A stretch of 29,332 bases of DNA from Opitutales bacterium. Lineage in GTDB: Bacteria; Verrucomicrobiota; Verrucomicrobiia; Opitutales; JABSRG01. The notes beneath the pieces are model-generated. The model did not search any database. It had not been told where the DNA came from and saw nothing but the letters and a program-made list of their open reading frames with translations. The translations under genes were made by a program, and so were the position numbers. The stretch covers positions 1 to 29,332 of the forward strand of contig JBMYOQ010000057.1 of assembly GCA_049599475.1 (NCBI GenBank). The letters run 5' to 3'. Positions 28,415 through 29,332 of this stretch are shown in pieces; the first letter of the stretch is position 1, and each line of letters begins with the position of its first letter.

Positions 28415-29209
28415 ATGAATTCAGAAGCCAAAGACCCCTCACCTGATTCGAAACCCCTGCTGCTCATTGTCGATGACGATGCCGATCTACTTGAAGTGCT
28501 AGTGGATGAACTTTCGCCGGATTATCATACAGTCACTGCAGCAGATGGCAGTGCTGCATTGGATGAAATGCAGAAATGTTTTCCGGACCTTGTGGTGAGC
28601 GATATCATGATGCCCGTTCTGGATGGAGTGTCCCTCTTGAGGGAAATAAAGAAAAACGTACAGACTGCGCATATTCCTTTTATACTTCTTACAGCCAGAG
28701 CTTCCGTTGAGAGTCAGGTGGAAGCCTTGGGGGTTGGGGCAGACGATTACGTCCCAAAACCTTTTGTGATGCCTGTATTGGAGGCGCGGATACGAAATTT
28801 GATAGAATCCCGCCGCCGTCTCTTGGAGCAATTTAAGGCTGATATGGGGTCGCCTCGAATCGATGGAAAGTCGGAGCAGCAGGAAGAAACTTTCTTAAGT
28901 CGTGTTCTGAGGTCGGTGCAGGAGCATGGATTGCAGGAGAACTTTGATTCCGAGGCTCTGGCGAAATGCATGCATATGAGCCTGCGTTCATTTCAGCGCC
29001 GCTTGAAGAGTGAAGCCAAACAAACGCCAGCTAATATTATTCGAGATGTTCGAATGAGCTATGCGGCACGGGTGCTCCTTTCGAGCGAGAAGTCGATTAC
29101 GGAGATCGGGCACGAGGTGGGATATAGCGACTCGAGCCATTTCTCGCGGCTTTTCCGAGAGACTCACGGAATGAGCCCTTCAGATTATCGGGCGAAATAC
29201 GCTTATTGA
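28415..29209 (+). CDS. Response regulator, REC plus AraC-type HTH
   Basis: LIVDDD, SDIMMP.LDG, LLTA, DDYVPKPF; C-terminal AraC HTH (SITEIG..VGYSD.SHFSR.F...HGMSPS.YR). ATG 28415 is preceded by GAAAGG. Confidence 0.92.
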   Translation: MNSEAKDPSPDSKPLLLIVDDDADLLEVLVDELSPDYHTVTAADGSAALDEMQKCFPDLVVSDIMMPVLDGVSLLREIKKNVQTAHIPFILLTARASVESQVEALGVGADDYVPKPFVMPVLEARIRNLIESRRRLLEQFKADMGSPRIDGKSEQQEETFLSRVLRSVQEHGLQENFDSEALAKCMHMSLRSFQRRLKSEAKQTPANIIRDVRMSYAARVLLSSEKSITEIGHEVGYSDSSHFSRLFRETHGMSPSDYRAKYAY

Positions 29210-29319
29210 GATTTGGCCGAAATTCCGGGGCGATTGTCGTGTAAGTTCCTGTGGCAAAGTGGGCGATAGGCTAAGGTAGTCGAGAGTTACTCAATAATAG
29301 TCTCTTAACGAAATCCCCC

Positions 29320-29332
29320 ATGAAACATCTTA
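29320..29332 (+). CDS. Possible start of next gene (MKHL..., truncated by the window)
   Basis: ATGAAACATCTT after an AC-rich leader, 110 nt downstream of the regulator; only four codons are visible. Confidence 0.3.

Noticed and set aside
29213..29249. Direct repeat (TTGGCC...TTCC / TTGTCG...TTCC) as the AraC regulator binding site
   Set aside because: The position is plausible, but the match is too degenerate and the spacing inconsistent (21 versus 23 bp).

Overview
Bacterial chromosomal window, most likely from Verrucomicrobiota/Opitutia. This is an inference from the PVC-type secreted protein, the GGTAG-type REP dimers and AC-rich leaders lacking Shine-Dalgarno sites. The left edge carries what looks like the end of an IS21-family element (1-53) abutting a beta-helical T5SS/PEP-CTERM-repeat surface protein that has no visible signal peptide. 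Next come a secreted thioredoxin fusion, a DUF6314 gene and a YigM/BioP-like EamA transporter. The core is a complete minus-strand urea utilisation locus, urtABCDE-ureABCEFGD, ending in a solitary CbiM/NikM-PDGLE nickel permease. It has a sigma54-type promoter with a perfect 32-bp palindrome upstream, and REP-like dimers in three intergenic gaps. Upstream lie a secreted coiled-coil/BamE-like protein and two unrelated outer-membrane beta-barrels with near-identical 5' ends. Then follow an RpoD-family sigma factor, trpE, glmS, a divergent glgC, and a beta-propeller/Y_Y_Y histidine kinase plus REC-AraC regulator (a split hybrid two-component system). Most genes belong to known families; the novel-looking signals are mainly non-coding or architectural, and none is proven to be a new system.
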